Assembly: GCA_048213135.1 (NCBI GenBank)
Contig: PS015135.1
Location: 56,641-111,611 of the forward strand
Direction of reading: 5' to 3'
From: Reclinomonas americana ATCC 50394
Taxonomy: Eukaryota
Length of the DNA stretch: 54,971 nt
Made by a program: the position numbers and the translations under genes. Below, piece by piece: positions 12,201 to 26,276 of the stretch (within the stretch, counting starts at the first letter, position 1; every line of letters starts with the position of its first letter). The notes under the pieces were generated by a model that saw nothing but the letters and a program-made list of their open reading frames with translations, was not told the origin of the DNA and made no database searches.

Positions 12201-15200
12201 CGACGAGTATGTGTGTTCGGTCAATTGGAACCAGCCGGGGACGCATTTGGCTATCGGCTCGTTGCATGGGAAGGTTTGTGAAGGGGGGAAGGGAGGGGAA
12301 AGGGGAAAGGGTGAGGTAACGGGTGTTCCGTACACTGTTTCATTCATTCTTGCGTGTGCTTGTGCTTTTGTGGAGACGATATATATTTGAACGACATGAT
12401 TCTTTGTGTCTTTCTCTCTCGTCGATCGTGTACCTTCGTGTCTGTTTGTGCTTGTTTAGTGATTGTGGACTGTCATGTTAAATTTCTGTCTGCTTCGTGA
12501 CAGTTGTGCAGTTGCTTCGCTGTTCTTTGTTCTCTTTGTGTTTTGTTGGGAAAGGAGAGGAGTGAATGCAGGAGAGTAAAGAGGTCGAAACGGAAAGAGG
12601 CAAGTGAGAGCTGAGAGAGTGGAGTGAGAAGAGCGGGAGAGGCAGCGTGCCAGGAGAGTAAGAGAGGAAGGAAGGATGAGAGCAACATGTGGCCCTCGCG
12701 TTTCGCTTATTCGTTGGTTCTGTCAGCAATCGCGTTGCTTTTCTGTTTCCTCTTCTGGCGATGTTGTCAGGAGGCTGTCCTTCTCTCAGTGGTTGTGTCG
12801 CTCGCATGCTCTTTTCTTTCTTTCTCTCCACCGTCGTCCAGCTGCTCCTCCTGTGTGACAATCGTGTCGCCGTCGTGTTTCTTCTGTCCTCCTCTCATTG
12901 TAATCGCGCTGCTGCCCCTNNNNNNNNNNNNNNNNNNNNNNNNNNNNNNNNNNNNNNNNNNNNNNNNNNNNNNNNNNNNNNNNNNNNNNNNNNNNNNNNN
13001 NNNNNNNNNNNNNNNNNNNNNNNNNNNNNNNNNNNNNNNNNNNNNNNNNNNNNNNNNNNNNNNNNNNNNNNNNNNNNNNNNNNNNNNNNNNNNNNNNNNN
13101 NNNNNNNNNNNNNNNNNNNNNNNNNNNNNNNNNNNNNNNNNNNNNNNNNNNNNNNNNNNNNNNNNNNNNNNNNNNNNNNNNNNNNNNNNNNNNNNNNNNN
13201 NNNNNNNNNNNNNNNNNNNNNNNNNNNNNNNNNNNNNNNNNNNNNNNNNNNNNNNNNNNNNNNNNNNNNNNNNNNNNNNNNNNNNNNNNNNNNNNNNNNN
13301 NNNNNNNNNNNNNNNNNNNNNNNNNNNNNNNNNNNNNNNNNNNNNNNNNNNNNNNNNNNNNNNNNNNNNNNNNNNNNNNNNNNNNNNNNNNNNNNNNNNN
13401 NNNNNNNNNNNNNNNNNNNNNNNNNNNNNNNNNNNNNNNNNNNNNNNNNNNNNNNNNNNNNNNNNNNNNNNNNNNNNNNNNNNNNNNNNNNNNNNNNNNN
13501 NNNNNNNNNNNNNNNNNAAAAAATGGAAAGGATCGCGGCGATGGAAGAAGGGAGGAGTACCTCTTGCGAGTGCATCTGCAACTGGTGCACGAGCGAATCC
13601 GAGCGCACATCGTACAACACAATGCTACGATCGCGGGAACCGCTGGCCAGCAGCGGGCCCTGCCATGCCAGGCACGAGACGCGGTTCTCGTGCTTGCTGA
13701 CGCGGCGCACCAGCTTGGAGGTTTCGGCGTCCCAGACCTCAACCTGCAAAAAGGGGGAAGAGGGGGAATGGTCATTACAAAGAGAGAGGGCAACAACTCA
13801 AGATGCNNNNNNNNNNNNNNNNNNNNNNNNNNNNNNNNNNNNNNNNNNNNNNNNNNNNNNNNNNNNNNNNNNNNNNNNNNNNNNNNNNNNNNNNNNNNNN
13901 NNNNNNNNNNNNNNNNNNNNNNNNNNNNNNNNNNNNNNNNNNNNNNNNNNNNNNNNNNNNNNNNNNNNNNNNNNNNNNNNNNNNNNNNNNNNNNNNNNNN
14001 NNNNNNNNNNNNNNNNNNNNNNNNNNNNNNNNNNNNNNNNNNNNNNNNNNNNNNNNNNNNNNNNNNNNNNNNNNNNNNNNNNNNNNNNNNNNNNNNNNNN
14101 NNNNNNNNNNNNNNNNNNNNNNNNNNNNNNNNNNNNNNNNNNNNNNNNNNNNNNNNNNNNNNNNNNNNNNNNNNNNNNNNNNNNNNNNNNNNNNNNNNNN
14201 NNNNNNNNNNNNNNNNNNNNNNNNNNNNNNNNNNNNNNNNNNNNNNNNNNNNNNNNNNNNNNNNNNNNNNNNNNNNNNNNNNNNNNNNNNNNNNNNNNNN
14301 NNNNNNNNNNNNNNNNNNNNNNNNNNNNNNNNNNNNNNNNNNNNNNNNNNNNNNNNNNNNNNNNNNNNNNNNNNNNNNNNNNNNNNNNNNNNNNNNNNNN
14401 NNNNNNNNNNNNNNNNNNNNNNNNNNNNNNNNNNNAAACCTCCTTCCCACCTCGCCAGGTTTGCGGCCTCAAATGGTCACCCGAGGGCTCCTACCTCGCC
14501 TCGGGTGGCAACGACAATCGTCTCATGATCTGGGAGCCGGGTCGTCGGGCCGACCAGCCAGTGTCGCGTTTCACGCACCACACGGCCGCCGTCAAAGCGA
14601 TTGCGTGGAGTCCGCACAGCAAGGGTCTGCTGGCGAGTGGTGGCGGCACAGCCGATCGGTGCATTCGGTTCTGGAACACGTCGAACAACACTCATTTGGT
14701 GAGGAGGATGTGCACGCCAAGGAGAGTGCAGCAAGGTGTCACTGACATGCTCGATGTGTGTAGGGTGTGGTGGACACTGGCTCGCAAGTCAGCAATCTGC
14801 ACTGGTCGAGCAACATTGTTGCGTTGTTTTTCTAGATCCTCCCGCCGTCGATTGCTGGCTTTTTAGCTCACTTTCGCTGCAGAACGAACTGGTCTCCACG
14901 CACGGTTACTCGCAAAATGCAATCATGGTGTGGAGGTGCGGCAAGTCTCCTTCCGTCCGCACACCGCGCGTGTGGGTGCACGAACTCACTCTTGTGTGCG
15001 CACACCCGTAGCTACCCATCAATGGAGCCCCTGGCCACGCTCACTGGCCACACGTATCGCGTTCTGTATCTGAGCGTGAGTCCCGACGGACAGAACATTG
15101 TCACTGGCGCTGGTGAGACGATTGGTTCAAGTTGCGCTTCATGATCTCTTTTAAATGCGCTTTTGATGTGGCAGGCGACGAAACGCTGCGCTTTTGGCAC

Positions 15201-15275
15201 GCCTTCCCACCACGGCAGAAGGGCCCGACCAGGAGATCCATGGTGGAGGCCTGCCCGACGTCGGACATTCGCTAA
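8475..15275 (+). CDS. FZR1: APC/C coactivator Cdh1/Fizzy-related (CCS52-type); gapped, with one exon on the opposite strand
   Basis: SP-rich N-terminus; C-box DRYLPQR (~10628); [85 protein letters not shown]; IR tail then TAA. Confidence 0.9.
9050..9227. repeat. (GA)n-rich microsatellite in an FZR1 intron, next to a gap
   Basis: Directly visible. Confidence 0.9.
13561..13743 (-). CDS. FZR1: Internal FZR1 WD40 exon on a probably inverted contig
   Basis: ttttgcag|VEVWDAETSKLVRRVSKHENRVSCLAWQGPLLASGSRDRSIVLYDVR..HSQE|gtactc; 183 nt, phase 0-0. Confidence 0.9.
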
Positions 15276-15385
15276 TCATCCGGTATTTTTTGTTTCCCCT
15301 TCCTCTTCCTCCTCCTCCTCTGCCGCCATGCGCTCGCAGAGAGATTTGGAGTGTAATAACCAGGCAATCAATATGTGTACTCGCA

Positions 15386-17540
15386 TCAGTCGAGCCCCAC
15401 CATATTCTCAATGGCGCGCACCGTGGCGGCCAGCAGCGCATGCGTGTTCTTGCTGACCACATCGAGTACCAGCATCTCAATGCTGCGCCGACCACCAAAT
15501 GCAGAGCGTCGCGGCGGACGCGCCACTACGTCACCGTCCTCGTCGGCATCTAGAATGCGCTCTTCGACCGGCGGCGGCGAGAAGACCGCCAGCGCAGCGT
15601 TGATCATTTGCAGTTCGCGCCACAGAGCCACTGCGGCAGGTAGTGATGAAAAGGAGAGAGAGGGGTAGAGAGAGAGAGAGACTGGGAGAGGGAGAGAGAG
15701 AAAGACAGACAGCCAGGCAGGCAGACAGAAAAGAGACAGAGAGACAGAAGTAGCGAAGGATAAAGAGAGAAAGAGAGAGAGCGAGAGAGAGANNNNNNNN
15801 NNNNNNNNNNNNNNNNNNNNNNNNNNNNNNNNNNNNNNNNNNNNNNNNNNNNNNNNNNNNNNNNNNNNNNNNNNNNNNNNNNNNNNNNNNNNNNNNNNNN
15901 NNNNNNNNNNNNNNNNNNNNNNNNNNNNNNNNNNNNNNNNNNNNNNNNNNNNNNNNNNNNNNNNNNNNNNNNNNNNNNNNNNNNNNNNNNNNNNNNNNNN
16001 NNNNNNNNNNNNNNNNNNNNNNNNNNNNNNNNNNNNNNNNNNNNNNNNNNNNNNNNNNNNNNNNNNNNNNNNNNNNNNNNNNNNNNNNNNNNNNNNNNNN
16101 NNNNNNNNNNNNNNNNNNNNNNNNNNNNNNNNNNNNNNNNNNNNNNNNNNNNNNNNNNNNNNNNNNNNNNNNNNNNNNNNNNNNNNNNNNNNNNNNNNNN
16201 NNNNNNNNNNNNNNNNNNNNNNNNNAGAAGAGAGAGGGAGAGACAGAGAAAAAAGAGACAGACAGAGAAAGAGAGGGATGTGATTGAGAGAGATGACTGC
16301 ACTTACAAGCCACGCACCAGGCACATCCACGTAGACCTGCAGCGTGGCGTCCCACGACGAGGTCACCAGGCGTGCTCCGTCGGGCGAAAATGCCACACCG
16401 TCCACCACGGCCTGGTGGTCGGTGAGCTGCAGCAGCTGCCGCTCATCGCCGTCGATATGGTGCACATCGTCGATGCGCACACTCCCATCCTCCATGCCCC
16501 ACACCACAATGTTGCCCAGTGGCTGCCCCACGGTGACATCAGAGGTCAGCACGCAAGAGACAACTGCAATCGACAGAGCAGGAAAACACGCACATGATAC
16601 TGGAGATCGCGGACGGCAGACACGCTTCGTAGCGAGTGCACACACGATCCAGTGTCCGTGCGCCAAACTCGAACCTGCGCCTCCCAACATACGTGAGCAC
16701 CCAGTCGACGACTGCAGCAGCAGCGTCCATCCATACAGTACGCACCGTGTGGTCGAGGCTGGCCGACACCAAGTGCACGGCATCGGGGTGCCACGAGAGA
16801 GCCGACACCGCGCCTGTATGCCCATGCAGCACTTTGCCGACTCGCGCCTGCATCTGATGCCGTCGCACCACCTCCTCCACGTGCCACAACCGCACCGTGT
16901 GGTCAGCCGAGCCCGACGCCAGCACAGTCGCATGCGGCGCCCATTGCACACACGTCGCCCGATCGGTGTGGCCCTCCAGCTCACCACCGAGCACCAGCAT
17001 CTCACGCGTCCGCTCGTTTACAGAGAACATCGCCAGGCGACCATTCTCCAACGCGCATGCCGCCACCAGTGACTCACTGTGCGCCGATCGCGGAACCTGC
17101 TGCATGTGCACGGCCACTGGTGTGGAGCCTGCAGCAATCGTCTTCTCCGTGACTGGTGCATGTGCACACGCGATGCTGAGCAGCAGCAGGTGCCCAGAGG
17201 CATAGCCGAGAAGAACGAGATCGTTGCCCCACACTGCTCCGCATGTCAGACGGCGATGCTGGCTGTCCTCCTCTCCCGCTGCTGCGGCAGCAGTGATAAC
17301 GTCGCGTGTGAGGCGTCCGCGTAGCACGTCCCACAGAGCGACGCGTCCACTGAAGTGCAGCGTGAGGGCCGAGGTGGAGTCGCCGAGCATGAGCACCTCG
17401 CGAATCGAATCTTTTTCGAATGATGCGTCGTCGTCGGCGGCATGCTTGTGAGGTGCGGGTGGTTGTGTGTGAATGGAGTAGACGTGTGCGAGTTGGGTGG
17501 CGATGCGGGGGGCGCGGAGGGCGGGGTCGGCGGATGACAT
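15386..17540 (-). CDS. WD40-repeat protein
   Basis: GHTDRATCVQWAP..LASGSADHTVRLW; GHTGAVSALSWHP..SASLDHT|VRVW; DHQAVVDGVAFSPDGARLVTSSWD; three introns, one spanning a gap. Confidence 0.8.
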
Positions 17541-17591
17541 GATTGAGAGGGAGAATGCGGACAAACGACTGCGTTTGGAGGACAAGTCGTT

Positions 17592-18973
17592 TCATTGAAG
17601 AGGAACTAATAGAACTCCCTGCATGACCACCGTGTCACTGTCAAGGTCGTCTCGCGCCAGGCGAATAACAGGCGGCCACATGCAGGGGTATCTGGCCCGC
17701 GGACGTGGGGAACCAACAACTGTGCGGTAGAATGCAGGGTCATACGTGACTGCAGATCCCACGCACGTCCAGTCGATCTGCAGTGGCGCATAAGCACTCA
17801 GCACGGCGCTGATCGTTCTAAACAGCGGCTGCATTTCGGAGCGCAGCAGCTTGTCGTTCAGAGCTGCCGCCAGCGCCTGACAAGCACCCGGCTTTTGTAA
17901 GTGGTGGCACGCCCGATTGCACATCTCCACACAGAATTGGTGGGCAATCACGGGGACAGCGAGTTCCTGAGCGACTTGATGAATCAGTCGCCAGTGCTCA
18001 GGAATGCGTCGCAGGTCGTCCACACTCGCGCACGGCCACGGGCACCCACGGGCGTCGCCACCGCACAAACTTTCGATTCCAAGGTCGTCGTACAGTTTCA
18101 CGTGTATGGCTTGGATGTAGTCGCGAACGAGCTCGACAGCGGCAGTGAGGAATGTCTGCGACAATCTCACATGAGCGCACGCAAGAATGAACGCAGTGTA
18201 TCGCAGTACGTTACCTTCCACGCATCGACCTGATCCTCAGTGTCAAACTCCGACAGCGCCTGCTCGACGTACGGCAAGCAACGGAGCAGCTCGATCAGCG
18301 CTCTGTCGAACAAGACGGAGTGCGACGGATACGTGGACGACTCGTTGTTGTCGAGGGGAGTCAGGTAGAGATGCCGCCGGGGCCAGAGGGCCGTAACAGT
18401 CGGTTGCGACATGATGAAACTGAGAGCAGCAGGTTGCTTTCCTTCCAGGCCCACTCGCGCGGCCGACACCGCAGCAAGTAGCAATGTCTCACAGTTTCGC
18501 TGATGTCGCACATCCGCCACGTCTGGCAGCTGTCGTCGCAACGCCTTGTCTTTTCCGTCCACAGCCTGTACGATGCTTGTCCACAGTCGCTCACCCTCAC
18601 TCACTGCAAACGAGTGCCGTGTGATGAGTGCGGTGATGCAGCGAGAACAAAGGGAGCGCTCACACGAGTGACCTGGAGGGCGATAGAGCTTGTTCATCAC
18701 TTCAACTTCAGCCACTGGCGCATCGCGAGCGTGTGAGTGCGTGTGATGCATTGGTCTCGGCGGACCCACACCAGTGACGGTCGCCGCTGGAAGGAGGATG
18801 GGCGGAGAAATAATCGACGAATGCCTCTCATGCTGCAAGAGCGACTGTTTCTCCTCTGCCACTGTGCACACAACGTGGGTGCGAGCTGGTGCTGTGATAA
18901 GGTCACATCTATACACACCTTGCGCACTCGGTTCATCCTCCCCTCTCGATGATCCACACAAACAAGTACCCAT
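17592..18973 (-). CDS. Predicted lipid-anchored protein with a C-terminus resembling the MIEAP/SPATA18-type domain
   Basis: Starts MGTCLCGS (Gly2 plus two Cys); three GT-AG introns restore the frame; ends YDPAFYRTVVG..YPCMWPPVIRL..TVVMQGVLLV. Confidence 0.6.
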
Positions 18974-19349
18974 TGGCGGTGGTGGCGGTGAGCGACGCCT
19001 TCTGTGGCTCTCAATGGAGCTGTGGCGAGGCAGACGACAATGACAACACGGCCGGCGGTGGTCGAGTGCTCTGACAGCAGCCACATACCTCGCAGTTCCC
19101 AGCTTGCGTAATGGTGGCGCACAGACCACTGGCGCCAGATGCTGTCATCTGACACGCCACCTCTGACAACACGACAACGTTCACAAAAATAAAACGCAGT
19201 CGGTCGTCCGGTGGCGTCGGTCCCGCGCATCTGACGACCCACCACTGCTGTGTTGCGCCGTACACGCACGCGGGAACAGCATAAATGTCTGTCGTGTTTG
19301 TCGCTGCCGTCAGAAGCATTCTTTCTCTTGTCAAGTGTGTGCGTTGATC

Positions 19350-22205
19350 ATGTCGGCCGCTGCGGGCTCCTCTTCGCGACATGTGTTCTCTGTCAATCCC
19401 GATGACATTGTATATCCAATTGCTATCGACTTGGGTGCGTTTTGCTGCTCGTGCACGAGCTGTGTCTGCACGTATGTCATTTGCATTCACACAACACCGC
19501 CATCTCTGCAGGAACCACGTACTCTGGCTGGGCGTACTTGAACATCAACGATCCAGGTCAGGTGTACTGCGAGGCAAAGGTGCCCACTGTGGTCGGCTTC
19601 GACAAAGACGCGGTGAGCATGCACCAGTTGTCGTGTTCATGCGACTTTTTTTTTTGCTTGTTTCTGATCGTGCATCGCCTATGGTGCCAGAACGTGATCG
19701 GCGTCGGCTACGAGGTGTGGAATCGCCACAGTGTTCTGAAGAATGGCGTCTCCCTTCGCATCCACGACAGGGTGGAGCTGTTCAAGATGCAGCTGTCGGA
19801 GGATGATTTGAGTATTGCCCGGATGCATGAGGCGACTGTGTGCGGCACAGCTCTGGAGGCCAATGGCACTCCTCGTCGCTACAAGGTCATTGACTGCATT
19901 GCTGCGGTGCTCAGCGCCATGCGTGAGCGCGTCTTTGCCAAAATTGCTGGTGCCGATCATGCGTTTGGTGATTACTTTTTTGCCTGTGTCCAGTAGTTCC
20001 CCTCTCACGCTCACGCTCTCTCGCTCGCTCGTGCCACGTGTGCGCAGCTGCCGGTTCTACCGACCGAGAAAGCTACATGCAAGAGCTGCAATCCAAGGTG
20101 ATCTGGGTCCTCACGGTGCCTGCCATCTGGACCAACGTCGCAAAGCAGGCCATGCGCGAGGCAGGCTTCCAAGCTGGTCTCGTGTATCATGTCGAGTCGG
20201 ATACGCTGACCTTCTGCTTTGAGCCGGAAGCGGCTGGTGTCGGAGCACTGGCAGCGCAGGCACACGGCTTCGACCTTGAGGCTGGAGACAAGCTGATTGT
20301 GCTCGACTGTGGAGGCGGAACAGTCGACATCACCCGACTGGCAGTGCGCCAAGCCGATGACGTGAGAGTCAAGTCACCGACGGCTCGTGATCGAGGTGTG
20401 ACGCTGAAGAAACGTTCGTTCGAGCATGAAGCCTGTCCACAAGGTGGACCGTGGGGCTCGATGTACATTGACCAGGAGTTCTTCACGGCCATTCGAGACA
20501 TTGTGGGTCACGAAAACTTTGCGTCCGTGTGGCAACCGTCAGCAGTCGAGCTGCTGGACGACGAGCTCAGGGAGACGCTGGCGGACGCGAAGAGCCGCAT
20601 CACAAGAGATATCATCGAGTTCAAGCACGCTGTACGGTGAGTTGTCACTGCACTGATGGGTGCTCCTGCTCCGGGTCATCTGACACGAACGATGTGGGGT
20701 GTGCTCAGCGTCGACCAACTGGCAGACGCGACGCAGCCGGTGCTGAGGATCGATCTCTCGCCCTTCTTCTTGACTGCGACTGAGTGCGCGGAGACGATGA
20801 AAGTGAGCGACGCGGTGGAACTGGTGTCAAGGAATGTGGACAACTACAACCGATCACGTGGTGGACAACAACACGTGGTGCAGCAGTTGCGTGACTCTCA
20901 TCAACACTGTGTGCAATGCTGTGTCGCTCACCGCGATGTCATCGTTGTAGGATGCGAAGAGACCGCAAGACGTTGGGGATCGGATTCACTGCTCTCGGTG
21001 CTCGAACACTATTCAACAATGTGCGTTCACTGACTCCACTACCTGTATTGCTCCACATTTCGTTCTGACTTCCCCGCGCGCTCCGTCAGGTGATTGACCA
21101 CATTGTTCATCACGTTCGTGACCATGTGGTTGGGGCCATGAACCGCAGCGGGCATGCAACCGGACGAGTGTACGCAGTGATGGCTGGTGGATTCGGTTCA
21201 TGCGAAATCTTGCAGCGCCGCTTGATGGACGAAGCGTTCTCGGTATGTGTACACTGCTGTCCCTGACTATCGTGCTGCTGTTCCAGTAGCTTACGGTATA
21301 CGGGGATTCACAGGAGTGGATTGCGCAGACTGCAGCGTCTGCTCCTGGTGGCCTGAATTTCGGTTTTGTCGTGCCTGCGGAGACGCAGCAACTGGTTTTG
21401 AAGGGCGCAGCTTCGATCGGCATCATTCATCTCTTGCACCTCAACGGAGTGCGTGCTGCGGAAGTGGCGAGAACGCTATCAATTCCACAGGTCGTCACAA
21501 GGAGAATCAACAAGTGGTACGCCATCTCGGTTTCTCGGCCCGTCTCAGACACGTCACAGCATCTCTCCGCTGGCCAGCCGATTTACGTGCGTCATTGGCT
21601 TTCCGCACTCGGCGTGCATGTACACGTGCTAATTGTTGACTCCTTTGGCGCTGCGTAGATCGTTGAGGACGTGAGGCGTGTTGACGTTCCGCTGCTGCTG
21701 GCGAATCGGAACGATCCATTCACCCTCAACGAAGAGAAGAGGGTCGAGGGGTTGACGGCACTTACAAGAACCCAGGTTAGTAATGCTACCGTTTCGAGCT
21801 CTGGAGAACTATGGCGTTGGTGTGCTTATCGTGATCACGGCATAGACGCACGTCGCTATCCAGTTGTACAGCTTTCCAACGCGACTGGTTCGACGGGTCA
21901 ATGGTGGTGTCGAGAGCGGACTTCGACCAATGCCGCAACCAATGCGCGACGTCGAAGGGTTGGATATCCGCACCATTCCGCTCTCGGAATGGCAGTGCGA
22001 AGGAGAGATCCGAGTGCCCAACACCAACCCAGACCAACGTATCACGGTGTGTTTTTCTCGTTAAACAATGTTTGTGTTTCCGCTGGTGACTGACGCTGTG
22101 TGTCAGGCCGCCATCCGTTTCGGTGGAGAAGAAACGCAGCTCGTGGTGACTACCGCAGGCTTCAGAGAGCAGACCCCGTTGCGCCTCTGTGAAGTGGGAA
22201 GGTGA
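19350..22205 (+). CDS. Atypical Hsp70, HSPA12-like
   Basis: AIDL|GTTYSGWA; WVLTVPAIWTNVAKQAMREAG; EPEAAG; VLDCGGGTVDI; GGPWGSMYIDQEF; AGGFGSCEILQ; VLKGA; C-terminal RFGGEETQL; about 10 introns. Confidence 0.9.
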
Positions 22206-22365
22206 TGACTGTCTGAGCCGCAGTGAATTACGTTAATGCGATTGAAATCTCTTGCGTGCTGTCTGCGTCGCCAGCCAGTCACGAATCAGGGGATGACGTG
22301 TGCAAAAGAGCACGTGGGGTAATATTAATCGTCTAATTGACGACCATGAGCTCAGAAGACACCAT

Positions 22366-23457
22366 TCACTCCTCACCTCTCCCCCTGCCGGCCTCGAAAC
22401 AACCTCGCCGCCGCATCCTCCACCACAAAGCACCGCAACACAATCTCCGGCAAGCACCGACGCTCTCCTTCTCTCCCCTCCTCCTCCTCCCGCTCCTCCA
22501 CCACCGCCGCCACCACCCGCGACGCTCCACGGCCGCCGCCAATTCACGCCGCAACAACGCCACCGGCGTACCCCACAACCGCACCGTGTAATCCCAGCTG
22601 CCACTCACCAAATGCTCACCATCCCCCGACACCGCCAACGACATGATCGCCGACTCGTGATGGGGGCCCGCCAAACACTGCACTTTGCCATCCACGGACC
22701 ACACGCGAATGGACAAGTCCTCGCTGCCGGAGACCAGGAAGCGCCCGCACGGAGTCCACGCCACCGACACCACACTGTCGGTGTGCCCCCGGAGAACGCG
22801 AGGTTCTTCATCATCGCGCAGCAGTGGCCACACGCGCACTGTGCAGTCCCCACTGGCGGCCGCCACATACTCGTCGTTCACAAACGACGAGGCCACAGCA
22901 CGCACCAGATCCGTGCATCCCGCCAGAACGCGCTCCAGTCGCCCCGTCTCCAGCGACCACACATGCACCACCATGTCTTCGCCGCCACTCACCGCGTTCC
23001 TGTCGTCGCCAGTGACCGCCACGCACAACACAGCGCCCGTGTGACCTTGCAAGCAGCGCACCTCGACGCCCGCCTGCTCATCAACAACCTCCCACACGCG
23101 CACCGTCTTGTCATAGCAACCGCTCACCACTCGTCGACAGTCACTCAGAAACGCGACCGCATGCACGGCCCACGTGTGACCCACCAGCGTGCACACGAGC
23201 TGCGCGGTGGCCAGTGCCCACACACGCAACTTGCCATCGTAACCTCCGCTCACCACGAATCGCCCACAGCGACTGACCGCCACCGCCAACACGCGACTGC
23301 GATCGGCCACTCGCACCACCTCCTCGCCCGTGTCCACACGCGACACGCGCACAGTGGCATCGATGCTGCTGCTAATCACAAACTGCGAGTCGGGAGTGAA
23401 GACCGCAGAGTACACCTCACCAGTGTGGCGACGCAGGGTGCGCTCAGCGACAAACAT
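22366..23457 (-). CDS. WD40 seven-bladed propeller protein with an intronless propeller
   Basis: Seven regular (G)H...W repeats such as GHTWAVHAVAF..VVSGCYDKTVRVW; extreme 3' end uncertain. Confidence 0.9.
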   Translation of the reverse strand: MFVAERTLRRHTGEVYSAVFTPDSQFVISSSIDATVRVSRVDTGEEVVRVADRSRVLAVAVSRCGRFVVSGGYDGKLRVWALATAQLVCTLVGHTWAVHAVAFLSDCRRVVSGCYDKTVRVWEVVDEQAGVEVRCLQGHTGAVLCVAVTGDDRNAVSGGEDMVVHVWSLETGRLERVLAGCTDLVRAVASSFVNDEYVAAASGDCTVRVWPLLRDDEEPRVLRGHTDSVVSVAWTPCGRFLVSGSEDLSIRVWSVDGKVQCLAGPHHESAIMSLAVSGDGEHLVSGSWDYTVRLWGTPVALLRRELAAAVERRGWWRRWWRSGRRRRGEKESVGACRRLCCGALWWRMRRRGCFEAGRGRGEE

Positions 23458-23508
23458 TATTGAATGATCAGGGACCGGGACAACCTTACACTACGCACCT
23501 GCGTTCAA

Positions 23509-26221
<2,713 letters not shown>

Positions 26222-26276
26222 GCTCACCATCAAACAATGAACAGCCGATTGCTCCTTTATTGCAGAAGCCGCGTTA

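Noticed and set aside
14818-14882. GTTGCG introns reinterpreted as TT-initial introns shifted by 1 nt
   Set aside because: Shifting both ends turns the conserved FZR1 NELVSTHG into DELV and loses the terminal AG; GT-AG fits better
22300-23463. Long plus-strand ORF opposite the WD40 gene, and similar antisense or gap-spanning ORFs
   Set aside because: Shadow frames of GC-rich coding sequence or artefacts of N runs; no recognisable motifs
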